A stretch of DNA of 35,219 nucleotides from Emiliania huxleyi CCMP1516 (Eukaryota): positions 316,414-351,632 of the forward strand of contig NW_005201176.1 of NCBI RefSeq assembly GCF_000372725.1, in the 5' to 3' direction. Position 1 is the stretch's first letter. The number at the start of each line of letters is the position of its first letter. The notes below the pieces were generated by a model, which did no database searches, was not told the origin of the DNA, and worked only from the letters and a program-made list of their open reading frames with translations. The translations under genes were made by a program, and so were the position numbers. This document shows positions 1 through 11,948 of this stretch, one piece after another.

Positions 1-16
1 ACATCCCGCACACCCG

Positions 17-600
17 CCGCCCCCCGCGCTACTCCTGTGCTAGTGCCAGTGCGCGCCAGACCCCAGTCCCGTGCCTAGTGTCGGGCGAGGGAGTTTTCGT
101 AAAATTCTTTCTTACATCGCAAAAAAGAAAATCCGGAAGGAAAAGAAATGCTGGCGGGGGGGGGGGGGAGGCTGCTCTGTGCTCAAAGGGGTGCGTGGGT
201 GGCAGACAAACAAAGCCCAGCCACCAGCCAGCGACGGCAAGCAAGCGAGCGCCGCGACGTGTTCGCCGTGACAGTGTGTCTCGCGCCTTGCGCGCGCCGC
301 GGTCCGGGGAGGAGGGGGATGGGGGGGGGGGAGGTCCGAACATCCTGCTCACTCCTGTCCCGGAATATGGGGTAGGTAGGCTGGAAAGGTGGACCGGACC
401 TGCCGGCCGTGTGTTCCCGCTCAACTGGACGGAACGAAAGTCGGCGGGCAGGTCACGTGGGGTCCCGTATTGCAATACGACCGATAGAAAGAATTTTTCG
501 TCGTAGGACAAAGAATTTGACGAAAAACAACAATCCCCAAGAATTTCCAGGGCGTCGCCGTGCTGTGTCTGGGGTCTACTAACTCCCAGTAGAGGGGGCG
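17..600. mobile_element. Possible degenerate non-autonomous inverted-repeat (MITE-like) element; ends uncertain
   Basis: Inverted matches 93-110 vs 510-527 (16/18) and 57-66 vs 569-578; repeated AAGAATTT motifs; a 21-bp motif at 34-54 recurs at 19465-19485 (20/21). No credible ORF. Confidence 0.35.
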
Positions 601-867
601 TTCCCCTGCTAGGGGAAACCCGGAGCGCAGAGCCAACCCTCGGAGAACCGTGTTTACTTTACGGCCCTTTCCCTGCGAACGCGCACCCCCCAGGGCTAGG
701 GCTCTCTAGCCCGTAACCCGAATCCCGATCATCTGCGATCTGGCCCGCTGGGTGTGCTTCTTAGCTCCCCGGCCCTTGGATGTGAGGCTGATAACTGCAC
801 TCCAAGTGGTTCCTTCGGCTCCTACCCAGATAGGGGGTCTGTGGCCTATGACTCGCACCCAAAACGC

Positions 868-1120
868 CCTACCTACCTACCTATTGCGGGCGCCAATCGC
901 CAGGCTCCGTGCCCCACCTACCTACCCACCCACCGCGGGCGCCGCACCCGTCTCGGCTGGCGTCCCAGCCGCAGGCGACTCGCCTGGCATGGCCCCGTTC
1001 GCGGCTAGCGCGTCTCCCGCGCGAGCGAAGCGGTTTTTTACCCCCCCCCCCCCACCACCTACCTACCTATTGCGGGGCCCTCTGGGGCGGTCAAAACCGG
1101 ACCTACCTACCTATTGCATG
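868..1120 (+). repeat. Three dispersed copies of ACCTACCTACCTATTGC
   Basis: Copies at ~871, ~1057 and ~1101, plus a partial copy at ~916. Confidence 0.8.
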
Positions 1121-2293
1121 GGGTCTAACCCAGGGCTCCAGGCCCCAAATGACGTGTGAGTGTTAGAGTTCATGTTTGGTATTGCTAAAAATCCCTCTCT
1201 CAGAGGGATGTTGACATACGCGGCTACGCGTTGTGGGCGCTATCTAGGGGAACATCATGCCCCATCCCGATGCGTGGGCGTGTATGTCACGCGGTACTAT
1301 GTTTGTTGGCCAAGTAGGCGGCTGCACGTGTGGGGCGCGAGTACCGCTGTATATACGCGTTCTGCACGTGTGGCCGCGTATCTTGGCTAAGATACGCGCC
1401 GGCACAGAAACACGTATCAGGCCCCGGGGGCCCCGCCGACCGAGCTCGATGAACGCCAGCGGGTGAGGGCGGCTATTCTCCCCCGAGGTGGCAGGCGAGG
1501 ATACTGGGCTGGGCTTTTAGGCATTGTGGGGTTGGCACTCCCATCGACCCTCATGACCTCCTGCGGTCTCTGAGATGGACACCAGTGGGTGTGGGACCAC
1601 AACCAGGATACACTCGAAGGCTGGGTAAGCAGTAGAGGTCGATACTCGACGCGTCCCACATGGTCTGTGTCGCTGTCGGCACGCTGTCGACAGGACGTCA
1701 AGCGACACCGGTGGCAGTGCCACCCAGGAGTGGTCGGGCGGTCTTCCGTCATGAGAGAGCCACCATGTGATCCGTATGATGATTCCTGACAACCGCCTCA
1801 GTCAACTTTCGTCACAGTTCCCGCTCTGAGAGGAGCTGCGGGTCAGCTCGACAGCTGGAGCTGTGTCGCCGGCGTGCGGCGGCCTGCCTCCGGAGGTGCC
1901 TCTGAGGTGGACATTTTTTGGTCACCGTGAGAGAACGCGTTCGAATTTTCACTCCGGAACTTCAACTCTGCACGCGCACCGGCCAGGGCTACAATAGTGC
2001 CAGTGAGGCGGCCTGGTGAGGCGGAGGCGCGAGTCGGAAGGCCGCGACCGTCAAGTGTTCCCATTTTCCTTCCTACAATCGCTGTGAACCCAGCCACGTA
2101 CGCAGCCCCTCGTGTCGCGCGCGTAAGTCCCGGTTGCCGTGCGCGCCAGCGCGTGTGGCCGCGTACCTTAGCTCAGACGATACGCGCACAGTCCGACCAA
2201 CGACTGGGACACCAACGCGGTATGGGTGGCGCACAGACCCCCTATCTGGGTAACCCTGTCGTGTCGTGCCCCGGGGCGCTCGGCAAGAGGGAT

Positions 2294-3090
2294 ATGCTAG
2301 CCCCGGCGAGTGTCACTCTCTGCTTGCACACCTGGGTAGCGTCCACCGCTCGCCTCTCCAGGTCGTCCGCCGTTGCCACGGCGACGGCAAGCTCCGTCGG
2401 CCTGCAGTTCTCCGACGCTGGAAGCTGGCCCGCGACTTCGCAGACGCCATTCGTGGTGCTGCACGGGCTGCTCGGCGCCGGCAGCAACTTCCAGACCTGG
2501 GCGGCGCGCCTCGGTGACGACTGCGCCGCCAAGGGCGCTGCGCGGCGCGTGCTGCTCGTAGACCTGCGCAACCACGGCTCGAGCGACAAGGCGGCGACGA
2601 TGTCGTTCGTCGAGATGGCGGCGGACGTGCGGCGGCTGCTCGACGAGCAGGGCATCCCGAAGGCCATCCTCTGCGGTCACTCGCTCGGCGGGAAGGTCCG
2701 AGACACTTCCGAGACCCTTCCGAGACACTTTCGACAAGCGCGCGGCCACTCTCGCTCCACCGCCAACACCTCTGACCTGCAAGGTTGCGATGGCGCTCGC
2801 GCTGCAGTCGCCGGAGCGCGTCGAGCGGCTGGTCGTGCTCGACATGGCGCCGGTGACGTACGAGACGGGCGAGAGTTGAGCCGAGATTGGGCCGAGATTG
2901 AGCCGATCAGCCGAGATGTCACTGAGAGAGCCGAGCCGTCACGTAGCGCCGGTGACGCTGCGGGCGCGGGAGGCCGTGGGCGGAGGGTGGGAATGCCCCT
3001 TCACCAATCAGCAGTTCGCGAGTAGGCGAGGGCAGTCCGTGGGCGGAGAATGTGCGCATCATCGGCGACCTCCTCGCCATCGACCTGCAG
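2294..3090 (+). CDS. Alpha/beta hydrolase, ABHD11/YbfF esterase-like; 3' part lost in gap 3111-3817 (possible stop at 3848)
   Basis: Motifs VVLHGLLG, LVDLRNHGSS, GHSLGGK (nucleophile elbow) and VAMALAL..ERVERLVVLDMAP. Exons 2294-2695, 2784-2868, 3026-3090 join in frame through one GT-AG and one GC-AG intron. Confidence 0.88.
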
Positions 3091-4345
3091 GCGAGATCAC
3101 GCCGAGATCANNNNNNNNNNNNNNNNNNNNNNNNNNNNNNNNNNNNNNNNNNNNNNNNNNNNNNNNNNNNNNNNNNNNNNNNNNNNNNNNNNNNNNNNNN
3201 NNNNNNNNNNNNNNNNNNNNNNNNNNNNNNNNNNNNNNNNNNNNNNNNNNNNNNNNNNNNNNNNNNNNNNNNNNNNNNNNNNNNNNNNNNNNNNNNNNNN
3301 NNNNNNNNNNNNNNNNNNNNNNNNNNNNNNNNNNNNNNNNNNNNNNNNNNNNNNNNNNNNNNNNNNNNNNNNNNNNNNNNNNNNNNNNNNNNNNNNNNNN
3401 NNNNNNNNNNNNNNNNNNNNNNNNNNNNNNNNNNNNNNNNNNNNNNNNNNNNNNNNNNNNNNNNNNNNNNNNNNNNNNNNNNNNNNNNNNNNNNNNNNNN
3501 NNNNNNNNNNNNNNNNNNNNNNNNNNNNNNNNNNNNNNNNNNNNNNNNNNNNNNNNNNNNNNNNNNNNNNNNNNNNNNNNNNNNNNNNNNNNNNNNNNNN
3601 NNNNNNNNNNNNNNNNNNNNNNNNNNNNNNNNNNNNNNNNNNNNNNNNNNNNNNNNNNNNNNNNNNNNNNNNNNNNNNNNNNNNNNNNNNNNNNNNNNNN
3701 NNNNNNNNNNNNNNNNNNNNNNNNNNNNNNNNNNNNNNNNNNNNNNNNNNNNNNNNNNNNNNNNNNNNNNNNNNNNNNNNNNNNNNNNNNNNNNNNNNNN
3801 NNNNNNNNNNNNNNNNNGATTGCTCTCGACGAAGCCTCGCGACTCTAGAGGCGTGCGCTCCCTCAGAACGGCATACTCAGAACGGAGTCGCGAGTCGGCT
3901 GCTGTGGCGCGTGGTGGCTGGCTGCAGGGGGCCATAGCACAGAAGTAAGGAGTCCACCGTCGGCGTGGACGTCCGCGAGGTGTGTTTTGCGGCCTCGAGT
4001 CCCGCACTTGGTCCCGCCACGCGCCAGCGGCCGCGGCCCGCGCGCGCGACAATATTGGACTTTGGAGAGGGCGAGAGAGAAAGAGAGAGAGAGTATAATC
4101 AGTAAAGCGGTCTAAAAGGTATACCGACAAGCGACATCCTCCCTGCCAGTCGACCTGCCAGCTTCGACTCTGAACCAGAAGGTACTCTTTCTTACCGGAT
4201 TGAGAAGATACACTAATTGTGGGGCGACGCAGCACATACCGCACACGACATGCTGAAGGATTGCGTGCGCTGACTGACGTAGCTGTCGCGTCGGCTCGGC
4301 TCTCCGGTTTGATGACGGAAAAAGAGGTGCGGGAGCACTTCGCCG

Positions 4346-4756
4346 TCATCCCTTGTAGCGCAGCACGGCCCCCGGCACGTCGCGCTCGCTCCAGTCGGTC
4401 AGCGCCGCAGCGTCGGCCGGCACCGCGCCGCCCGCGCCGATCACCTCCAGCTTGGCTCTCTCTCGCGCGGTCTGCCAGGCAGGCGGCCTCTCGCGGGCGG
4501 CGGCGGGCGGCGTTTTGCTCCCGGGCGCCTTGAGCACGTCCGACCGCAGCTTCTGCCCCTCTGGGTAGAAGATGTAGTAGAGCACCGCAGCGAGCAGCAG
4601 CACGGCTCCGCCCCAGATCGCTGCGGACAGCGGCGTCGCGTCGAGCGATGTGAGGTAGAGGAGGGAGCTGGTGGCGAGCGTGACGCACATCCACCAGGTG
4701 AGGTAGAAGGCGAGCATCGCGAAAACGCCGACGCCGACTGTCTTGAGCACTGCCAT
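4346..4756 (-). CDS. Small membrane protein (136 aa, two N-terminal hydrophobic segments), unknown function
   Basis: ATG at 4756; GC3-rich codons; hydrophobic stretches VGVGVFAMLAFYLTWW and AAIWGGAVLLLAAVLYYIFY; head-to-head with the cyclophilin gene. Confidence 0.6.
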   Translation of the reverse strand: MAVLKTVGVGVFAMLAFYLTWWMCVTLATSSLLYLTSLDATPLSAAIWGGAVLLLAAVLYYIFYPEGQKLRSDVLKAPGSKTPPAAARERPPAWQTARERAKLEVIGAGGAVPADAAALTDWSERDVPGAVLRYKG

Positions 4757-4885
4757 CCCTCCTCCGCCGCAGCGCGAGCTCTCCGAGCTCCGCGAGAAAA
4801 GAATTTCCCGGCGCGTGCCAACCAATATTTTTTTTTGTTATCGACCCTCGACGCGCCCGCTTCAGTCGACAGCTCCCTCGGCTCG
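4757..4885. promoter_or_regulatory. Probable compact bidirectional promoter
   Basis: 129 bp between divergent ATGs; contains AAAAGAATTT (4797-4806), CCAAT and a T-run in an otherwise GC-rich context. Confidence 0.45.
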
Positions 4886-7369
4886 ATGTCGGGCGTCGGG
4901 ATGATCCCCGGGCTCCAGAACGGCAACCCGGTCGTCTTCATGGACGTCACCATCGGCGGCCACAACGCCGGGCGCATCAAGATGGAAGTGCGGCCGCGGC
5001 AGCGCCCGGGAGACCGAGCCCGGAAATATGGAGCACCGTCTCATTGAGCCTGACTCCGCCGCCGCCGCCGCCTGCCCGTNNNNNNNNNNNNNNNNNNNNN
5101 NNNNNNNNNNNNNNNNNNNNNNNNNNNNNNNNNNNNNNNNNNNNNNNNNNNNNNNNNNNNNNNNNNNNNNNNNNNNNNNNNNNNNNNNNNNNNNNNNNNN
5201 NNNNNNNNNNNNNNNNNNNNNNNNNNNNNNNNNNNNNNNNNNNNNNNNNNNNNNNNNNNNNNNNNNNNNNNNNNNNNNNNNNNNNNNNNNNNNNNNNNNN
5301 NNNNNNNNNNNNNNNNNNNNNNNNNNNNNNNNNNNNNNNNNNNNNNNNNNNNNNNNNNNNNNNNNNNNNNNNNNNNNNNNNNNNNNNNNNNNNNNNNNNN
5401 NNNNNNNNNNNNNNNNNNNNNNNNNNNNNNNNNNNNNNNNNNNNNNNNNNNNNNNNNNNNNNNNNNNNNNNNNNNNNNNNNNNNNNNNNNNNNNNNNNNN
5501 NNNNNNNNNNNNNNNNNNNNNNNNNNNNNNNNNNNNNNNNNNNNNNNNNNNNNNNNNNNNNNNNNNNNNNNNNNNNNNNNNNNNNNNNNNNNNNNNNNNN
5601 NNNNNNNNNNNNNNNNNNNNNNNNNNNNNNNNNNNNNNNNNNNNNNNNNNNNNNNNNNNNNNNNNNNNNNNNNNNNNNNNNNNNNNNNNNNNNNNNNNNN
5701 NNNNNNNNNNNNNNNNNNNNNNNNNNNNNNNNNNNNNNNNNNNNNNNNNNNNNNNNNNNNNNNNNNNNNNNNNNNNNNNNNNNNNNNNNNNNNNNNNNNN
5801 NNNNNNNNNNNNNNNNNNNNNNATCGCGCCCTCGCCACAACCGCCACCTCCGCCTCCGCCCTCCTCATCTTCTTTGGTTTGTTGAGGCTACTAGCACTTA
5901 CCGGAGTTCGCACGTCATCATCGAGCTACGTCCTCCCCGCCGTCGTAGCCCGGGCTGTTTCTCTCTAATAGGGCGACCGTCGAGACACCCTCACCCCCAC
6001 CCCACCCCAACCCCCACCCTCACTCCACGCTCTCCGTCTTCTCTGCGCCTCTCCACCCCTCTACCACGCACCACCGCTCCGCCCAATGTCAGCCACACTA
6101 CCACTCCGCCTTGTCAGCCACGGCGGCCTCTCCCCTCGCAGCCATATCTCCCCACATCTCCCCTACCGCCGCGCCGGCGCACCGCCCGCAGCTTCGAGGA
6201 CGATTGATCAAGCGCTGCGGCCGCCCTCGCTCTCCTCCTCGCCCGCCCCCTCCTCCCCCGCCGCCGCCTCCCTGCAGCCGCCTCTCTCCACCCCCGCCTC
6301 GGCCGCCTCCTTGACCGCCAGCGAGCAAGCTCCTCCTCCCCCCCGCACTCCTCCCCGCAGCACTCCTCCCCCCAGCACTACAGAATTGATGGCGCGCCTG
6401 CTTACCCCGCCCGCAGGTTCGAGGACGAAGACCTGACTCTCAAGCACACCGGGCCGGGCCTGCTGTCCATGGCGCGGGATATGAGGAGATGTGAGGGGAC
6501 GTGAGGGGATGTGAGGAGATGTGAGGAGATGTGAGGAGATATGACGCGCAAGCACTCGAGGCCGGCTGCTCTCCATGGCGCAAGATATGGGGAGATATGG
6601 GGAGATATGACCTCCCTCCCTCCCTCCCTCCCCTTTGCCAGGCAAACTCCGGACCGAACACGAACGGCTGCCAGTTCTTCCGCCGCCCGCGGCCGTGACA
6701 TGTCCGCGCACGTCCGTGACATGTCCGAGACGCGTCCCCGCAGGCTGCCAGTTCTTTGTCACCTGCGATGCTTGCGACTGGCTTGACGGCAAGCACGTCG
6801 TCTTCGGCAAGGCGAGAGGGGCCGAGATTGCACGAGATTGCACGAGATGACACGAGATGGCACGAGGTAAGGCGAGCGGGGCCGAGTTTACACGAGGTTG
6901 GCCGAGAGGAGCCAGGGGTGACACGAGATGAGGAGATGACACTAGAGGAGCCGAGGAGGAGCCGAGAGGAGCCATCTCGGCTGATTTCACGCAGGTCCTC
7001 GACGGCCTGCTCACCGTGCGGAAGATCGAGAACGTCACTGTCGGCGCGCCCCGCCCGCTCCGCCCCCCCGCCCTGCCCCCCGCCCCCGCGCTTCTGCGCC
7101 CCGCCGCTCCCCCCTGCTCGCCGCCGCCCCCTTCCCCACTTGCCTCCGCATTCTGCCTATCGCGCTTTGCTCGCCCACGTGTAACTGGCATGGCATTCTG
7201 AATGCCGGTGCCAGCTCGCGTCTGGGTGCGGAGATGCGCGGGCTGCCTACACCCCCTTTCCCCTCATGTATTGGAGAGGCGCACCTTACCGCATCTTGCC
7301 CTTGTTGCTGCAGGCGCGAACAGCAAGCCGAAGCTGCCGATTGTGATTGCGCAGTGCGGCGAGATGTGA
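4886..7369 (+). CDS. PPIH: Peptidyl-prolyl isomerase, U4/U6 snRNP cyclophilin H type; middle exons lost in gap 5080-5822
   Basis: Exons 4886-4987 ([21 protein letters not shown]), 6417-6471 ([18 protein letters not shown]), 6642-6666 and 6744-6811 ([31 protein letters not shown]), 6995-7043 ([16 protein letters not shown]), 7314-7369 ([17 protein letters not shown]). GCQFF and the KPKLP..I.QCGEM terminus are typical of PPIH. Confidence 0.92.
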
Positions 7370-7773
7370 CGGGGCCTGTCCAGTGTGCAGTGAGCTTAGA
7401 GCTATAGGGGTAACAGCATGTCCAACAACATGTAAGAGAGAGCGAGGTCCAGAGCGGTTCTTTCTTCTTTGTTTACGCTCTATTTCGATTCGCAAATCGC
7501 ATGCGGGAAGGCACATTTCTCATTTGAGCACGCTTGCTCGCACGTGCCACGTCGCAGGCTCACGGGGGTGTCACGGCTCACGCTCAGGACGCAGGAGGAG
7601 GCTCCGGACTGCTCTCCACGCTCCTGACCTCACAGCACACACGGGGGCGGGGCACACGCTCGACACGCCGATCGCCGTCCCGACAGCGACACGGCTCACG
7701 CCCCTCTCCACGGGTCTCCCCGCACCCCCCGGCCCGCGTTGGCGTTGCGGGCCCCCCCGGTGGCGGTGCGGGC

Positions 7774-8149
7774 TAGGGTTGCCTAACGTTAACTTTGGGC
7801 CTAACAGTTGCGCTAGTGTTGGCTGAAATCCTCAACGTTGTTCAAGTGTTCACCCCAGCCCATGCTCGGTTACGTACTGTTTGTTACTGTTGTTACTGTT
7901 GTTCAGTGGTCAGCAAGCAGAAAATGGCAAAAAACCCGGGTAAAACCCGAAAATACCTGGGATTTTCCGGGTATTTCGGGTATTACCCGCACTGGACACT
8001 AGAGATCGTCGTGGGTCACTGCCAGGCCTTTCCTTACTGTTGTTCAGTCGGCCTAACGTTAGCTACTGTTGTTGGGGGGCCCCACTGTTGTTCTGTTGTT
8101 ACTGTTAACACTAGCAACACTGTTCAGCTCTTAACGTTAGGCAACCCTA
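7774..8149. mobile_element. hAT-like MITE (376 bp)
   Basis: Perfect 19-bp TIRs TAGGGTTGCCTAACGTTAA (7774-7792 / 8131-8149). Flanks GGTGCGGGC and GGTGCGGC fit an 8-bp TSD with one indel. AT-rich interior with repeated ACTGTTGTT. Confidence 0.85.
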
Positions 8150-9207
8150 GGTGCGGCGGTGGTCGAAAAAGGTGCAACACACACACAGGTCACAGCGAAA
8201 GAGGATCCTCTACATTGTACATACATGTGTACCTCACATCACGGGCCGAACACGGGATCGACACCTCAAGTGTATCAACACCGGCAGACGGACGTACTGA
8301 CGTAAGTGTGCACAGATAAAAGGCAAGACATGGGCATCTCTCAGACACCGCGCAGGTCGCAGGTGTCACACACATGGCATGATTCAACGGGACATGGCTT
8401 GGGGCATGGGATTTACACGCTCTCCGACATGAACTAACTACTCGCGGTGTACGCGCGCGCCGACGAGCAGAGCCGGCGCTCTCCCGCTGACGGCGGCAAA
8501 CGCGCGTTGGCGGCAAGCGCGCCGCGGCGCGCGCCCGACAGTGACAAAAGTAGTGATGACAACCGCGCAAGCTGGCAGGGCGATCGTCTCCGCGCCGCGC
8601 GGGCGCGCGGGCGCGCGGGCGCGGGTGCACGTGTGCGCCAGCGCAACCATTTCCTCACGCCGGGGCGGGGTCGGCCGCGTTACTGGCCCGGCCGCCGAAA
8701 GGACCTTCTGCGGCGAGGGGCGAGCGGCGGCGCGGCGCGAAGCTCTGTCACATTCTATAGGCCGACGCCCGNNNNNNNNNNNNNNNNNNNNNNNNNNNNN
8801 NNNNNNNNNNNNNNNNNNNNNNNNNNNNNNNNNNNNNNNNNNNNNNNNNNNNNNNNNNNNNNNNNNNNNNNNNNNNNNNNNNNNNNNNNNNNNNNNNNNN
8901 NNNNNNNNNNNNNNNNNNNNNNNNNNNNNNNNNNNNNNNNNNNNNNNNNNNNNNNNNNNNNNNNNNNNNNNNNNNNNNNNNNNNNNNNNNNNNNNNNNNN
9001 NNNNNNNNNNNNNNNNNNNNNNNNNNNNNNNNNNNNNNNNNNNNNNNNNNNNNNNNNNNNNNNNNNNNNNNNNNNNNNNNNNNNNCAGCTTTGCGGCGGC
9101 GGCGGGAGGGGAGGTAGCAAGGGCGGCGGCGGGAGGGGAGAGGGCAGGGTCAAGGCGGGAGCGAGCCGGGAGGAGGGGGAGAGGAGAGAGGCAGCAGGGA
9201 AGGCGAA

Positions 9208-9337
9208 GGAGCAGGGGAGGCGAGGGAGGCAGCAGGGGGGGCGAGGGAGGCAGCAGGGGGGGCGAGGGAGGCAGCAGGGGGGGCGAGGGAGGCAGCAGGG
9301 AGGGCGAGAGAGGCAGCAGGGAGGGCGAGAGAGGCAG
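9208..9337. repeat. 21-bp minisatellite ([25 protein letters not shown]), ~6 copies
   Basis: Directly visible tandem units. Confidence 0.85.
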
Positions 9338-9339
9338 GC

Positions 9340-9942
9340 TCAGGGCGAGAGACGGGCTGAGGCGAGGCGGTGCGGTCGCACCCATAGGAGGGAGAAACGC
9401 GACTCGCAGCGAGAGAGTGAGACGGCGGAGCCGCCTCGGCTGGAGGGAGGCCGCGACGCCCCCTTGCGCTGCGGCACCATCTCGGTCAGCTTGAGGCTCG
9501 ACAGCTCTTGCTCCTGCTCCTGCTCCTCCGACTTGTCGCAGGCTGAGGCTGCGCCGCGTCGGCGGGCGCCGCTGGCGGAGCTGGCGTGGCGCTTGGCCGG
9601 CGGGGGCGGGGAGAAGACGCGGCGCTTCTTCTCCTGCCGCCCCTCCATGCACTGCTCCAGCGCCTCGTGCGACGGAATCGCGGCGAGGGAAATGAAGTTG
9701 AGGTGAACCGCCGACTCGGCGTGGTGCCTCCTCGCTTCGCGCACGCTGTGGCGTGCGTCGCGCCCATGCACTCCTGGCGGTGCCATGAGGCCCATGCCAC
9801 CACGCCTGAGTAGGTTTGTATTTACCGCGTTTGCGACGAGAGACGTCACGCCATCGCCGTTGCTGGGCCGGCGAGGAGACCGGCGGACGGCGGCGTGGAG
9901 ATCGGCCGTTGGAGGCCCCTTTGGGCTGTCGAAGGGCGGCAT
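9340..9942 (-). CDS. Hypothetical protein (probably spliced; 3' end uncertain)
   Basis: ATG-initiated 200-aa ORF with coding-like stretches (EALEQCMEGRQEKKRRVFSP, DKSEEQEQEQELSSLKLTEM), divergent from the CCCH gene; no recognisable domain. Confidence 0.35.
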   Translation of the reverse strand: MPPFDSPKGPPTADLHAAVRRSPRRPSNGDGVTSLVANAVNTNLLRRGGMGLMAPPGVHGRDARHSVREARRHHAESAVHLNFISLAAIPSHEALEQCMEGRQEKKRRVFSPPPPAKRHASSASGARRRGAASACDKSEEQEQEQELSSLKLTEMVPQRKGASRPPSSRGGSAVSLSRCESRFSLLWVRPHRLASARLSP

Positions 9943-10492
9943 GCGAGGCCGCGGAGCGTGCCCTGTTGGTCTAAACCGGCTCGTTGATTGTGTTCAGACG
10001 GATCCTCAGACCGACCGCGATCGCGAATTTCGCCGGGGGCCGGGGGGCCGAAGGCTGGCGGCCACGGATTCTTCAGGTTCAGGTGGATACCAGGCTCCGT
10101 ATCCTTTGGCCGCGTTGGGTAGCGAGGATTGGTGTGACGCGATCCACGCAGGCGTCAGTGCACGGAGTTGCCCCTTCTCCGACTGCCCCGCTACATGTAG
10201 TTCACGAGTTTCGCGATTCACGAAGGTGGAATCTTCTTTCTTTCTTTTTCCGCCGAATATCTTTCTTTTTCGCAGAGCAGATTAGAATAAGCTTGCTTGC
10301 TTGCTTGCCTGTCTGTGTGGCGGAGGCGGGCGAGTGCACAGAGCTAAGTGCCTCATGATTGATGACAGTGAACATGATGAATCTAGCAGGGGTAGGGTTT
10401 CCCGCAGATCGCCGCTGTGATCGCCCTCCCGGGTCGAAGACGCGTCCCGTTCAGCTCTCACGCGCCCCCAAACCCAGTCCAGAGCCACCGCG

Positions 10493-11948
10493 ATGTCGAA
10501 CAAGCCCTCCTCGGGCCAGCGGGCGGTGCAGCCGCTCGCCAACAGCAACAGCAAGGCCAACCGCCCCAGCTCCGGTCAGAAGCCGACCGGCAGCCCGTCT
10601 GCCAAGCGCGGATCGCGAGCCAGCGCCGCCGCCGCGGCGGCTCGTGCAAAGGACCCGTTGCGGTACAAGACGGTCGAGTGCGAGAACTGGGCCCGCGACG
10701 GCAAGTGCCCGTACGGGGCTCGCTGCCAGTTTGCCCACGGAGCTCACGAGCTCCGGTCGAGGTCCACCAACACTGCCGCCGCCGCCGCCGCTGCCGCCCC
10801 AAAGCCAGACGCGTCTGACGAGGGAAAGGCGCGGCGCGGGCAGCGGGCGCGCCGGTCGAGGAAGTCGTCGTCGGAGACGGCCGACGCGACTGCGCCTCCC
10901 CCCTCGCCCGCCGTCTCACCGACCGCCAGCACGCGAGCGCCGTCTCCGCTGACGCTGCCGAGGACGGTGCTACCTGCGGCGCCGCTCGGCAGCCCGACGA
11001 CGAGCGGCAGCAGCCGGCGGTCGAGCAACGCGGCGCCGGCGCTCTACTCCTCGCTCTTCTCGCCCGAGTCGCCTCGCTCGCCAATCAGCCTCACGCCCTC
11101 CAGTCTGCCTCCGCCCCGGCGGTGGCCCGCGCCGATGCCTCCTTGTGCGGTGACTTCGGCGACGAGCCACGTCCCTCACCCAGGACGGCCGGCGACACCT
11201 AACGAACCAGTCGCACCGCCGCCGCCTCCGCCGCCGCCGCCGCTGCCCAACTCACTTGTCCAGCCGCCGCTGCCCAGCCCTGTTGCCCGACCGCCACTGC
11301 CCCCGTCGCTGGGCCATCCTGCGCTGCTGCTGCCGCCGGCGCCGCCGCTGCAGTCGCATCCGCCGCTGCCGCATCCGCCGCTGCCGCATCTGCTGCTGCC
11401 GCATTCGCTGCCGCCGCCGCTGCCGCCGCCGCTGCCGCCGCCGCTGCCGCCGCCGCTGCCGCCCCTGCCTGCGCTGCCGTGCGGCAACCCTTTGCGGGAC
11501 AGCATTCCCGGCGGCGGCGGTGGCGGCGGCGCAGGCGGCGGCGGTGGCCGCGGGCCGTCGCTTTGCTTGCGCGAGCACTCTGCCTGCTCCGCCGCCTCGT
11601 CTGGCGGTGAGTACGGCTACCTCACCCCCGACGAGGCGGAGGTGGTCTGCAACCCGGAGACGGGCCGCGTCGAGATAGCAGGCCCGCCCGCCGTCCGGCG
11701 GTATCTCGGCTGCACCTCGGCTGCACCTCGGCTGCATCGCGGCTGCATCGCGGCCACCTCGGCCACACCTCGGCCACACCTCAAGTGCCACACCTCGGCC
11801 GTGTGCGAGCGCAGGCCCGCCCGCCGTCGCTTCGCGCGAGGTGTCGCACAACACGCTCTCGGTCCGCCGCACCATCTCGATGCTCTGGGCGGAGGACGAC
11901 CACTCGCCTGCCGTCACAAGCAGGCTGCCGGCGGCGCATGTGCACTGA
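10493..11948 (+). CDS. CCCH zinc-finger RNA-binding protein (TIS11/ZFP36-type finger) with Pro-rich region
   Basis: YKTVECENWARDGKCPYGARCQFAHGAHELR = C-x8-C-x5-C-x3-H with YKT lead-in. Predicted GC-AG intron 11682-11814; last exon ends ...SRLPAAHVH* at 11948. Confidence 0.8.

Noticed and set aside
7795..8319. 174-aa Cys/Val-rich ORF
   Set aside because: Mostly lies within the MITE and translates its ACTGTTGTT repeats.
2898..9706. Long ORFs spanning N runs (e.g. 3108-4694, 5044-6207, 8438-9652)
   Set aside because: Artefacts of reading through assembly gaps.
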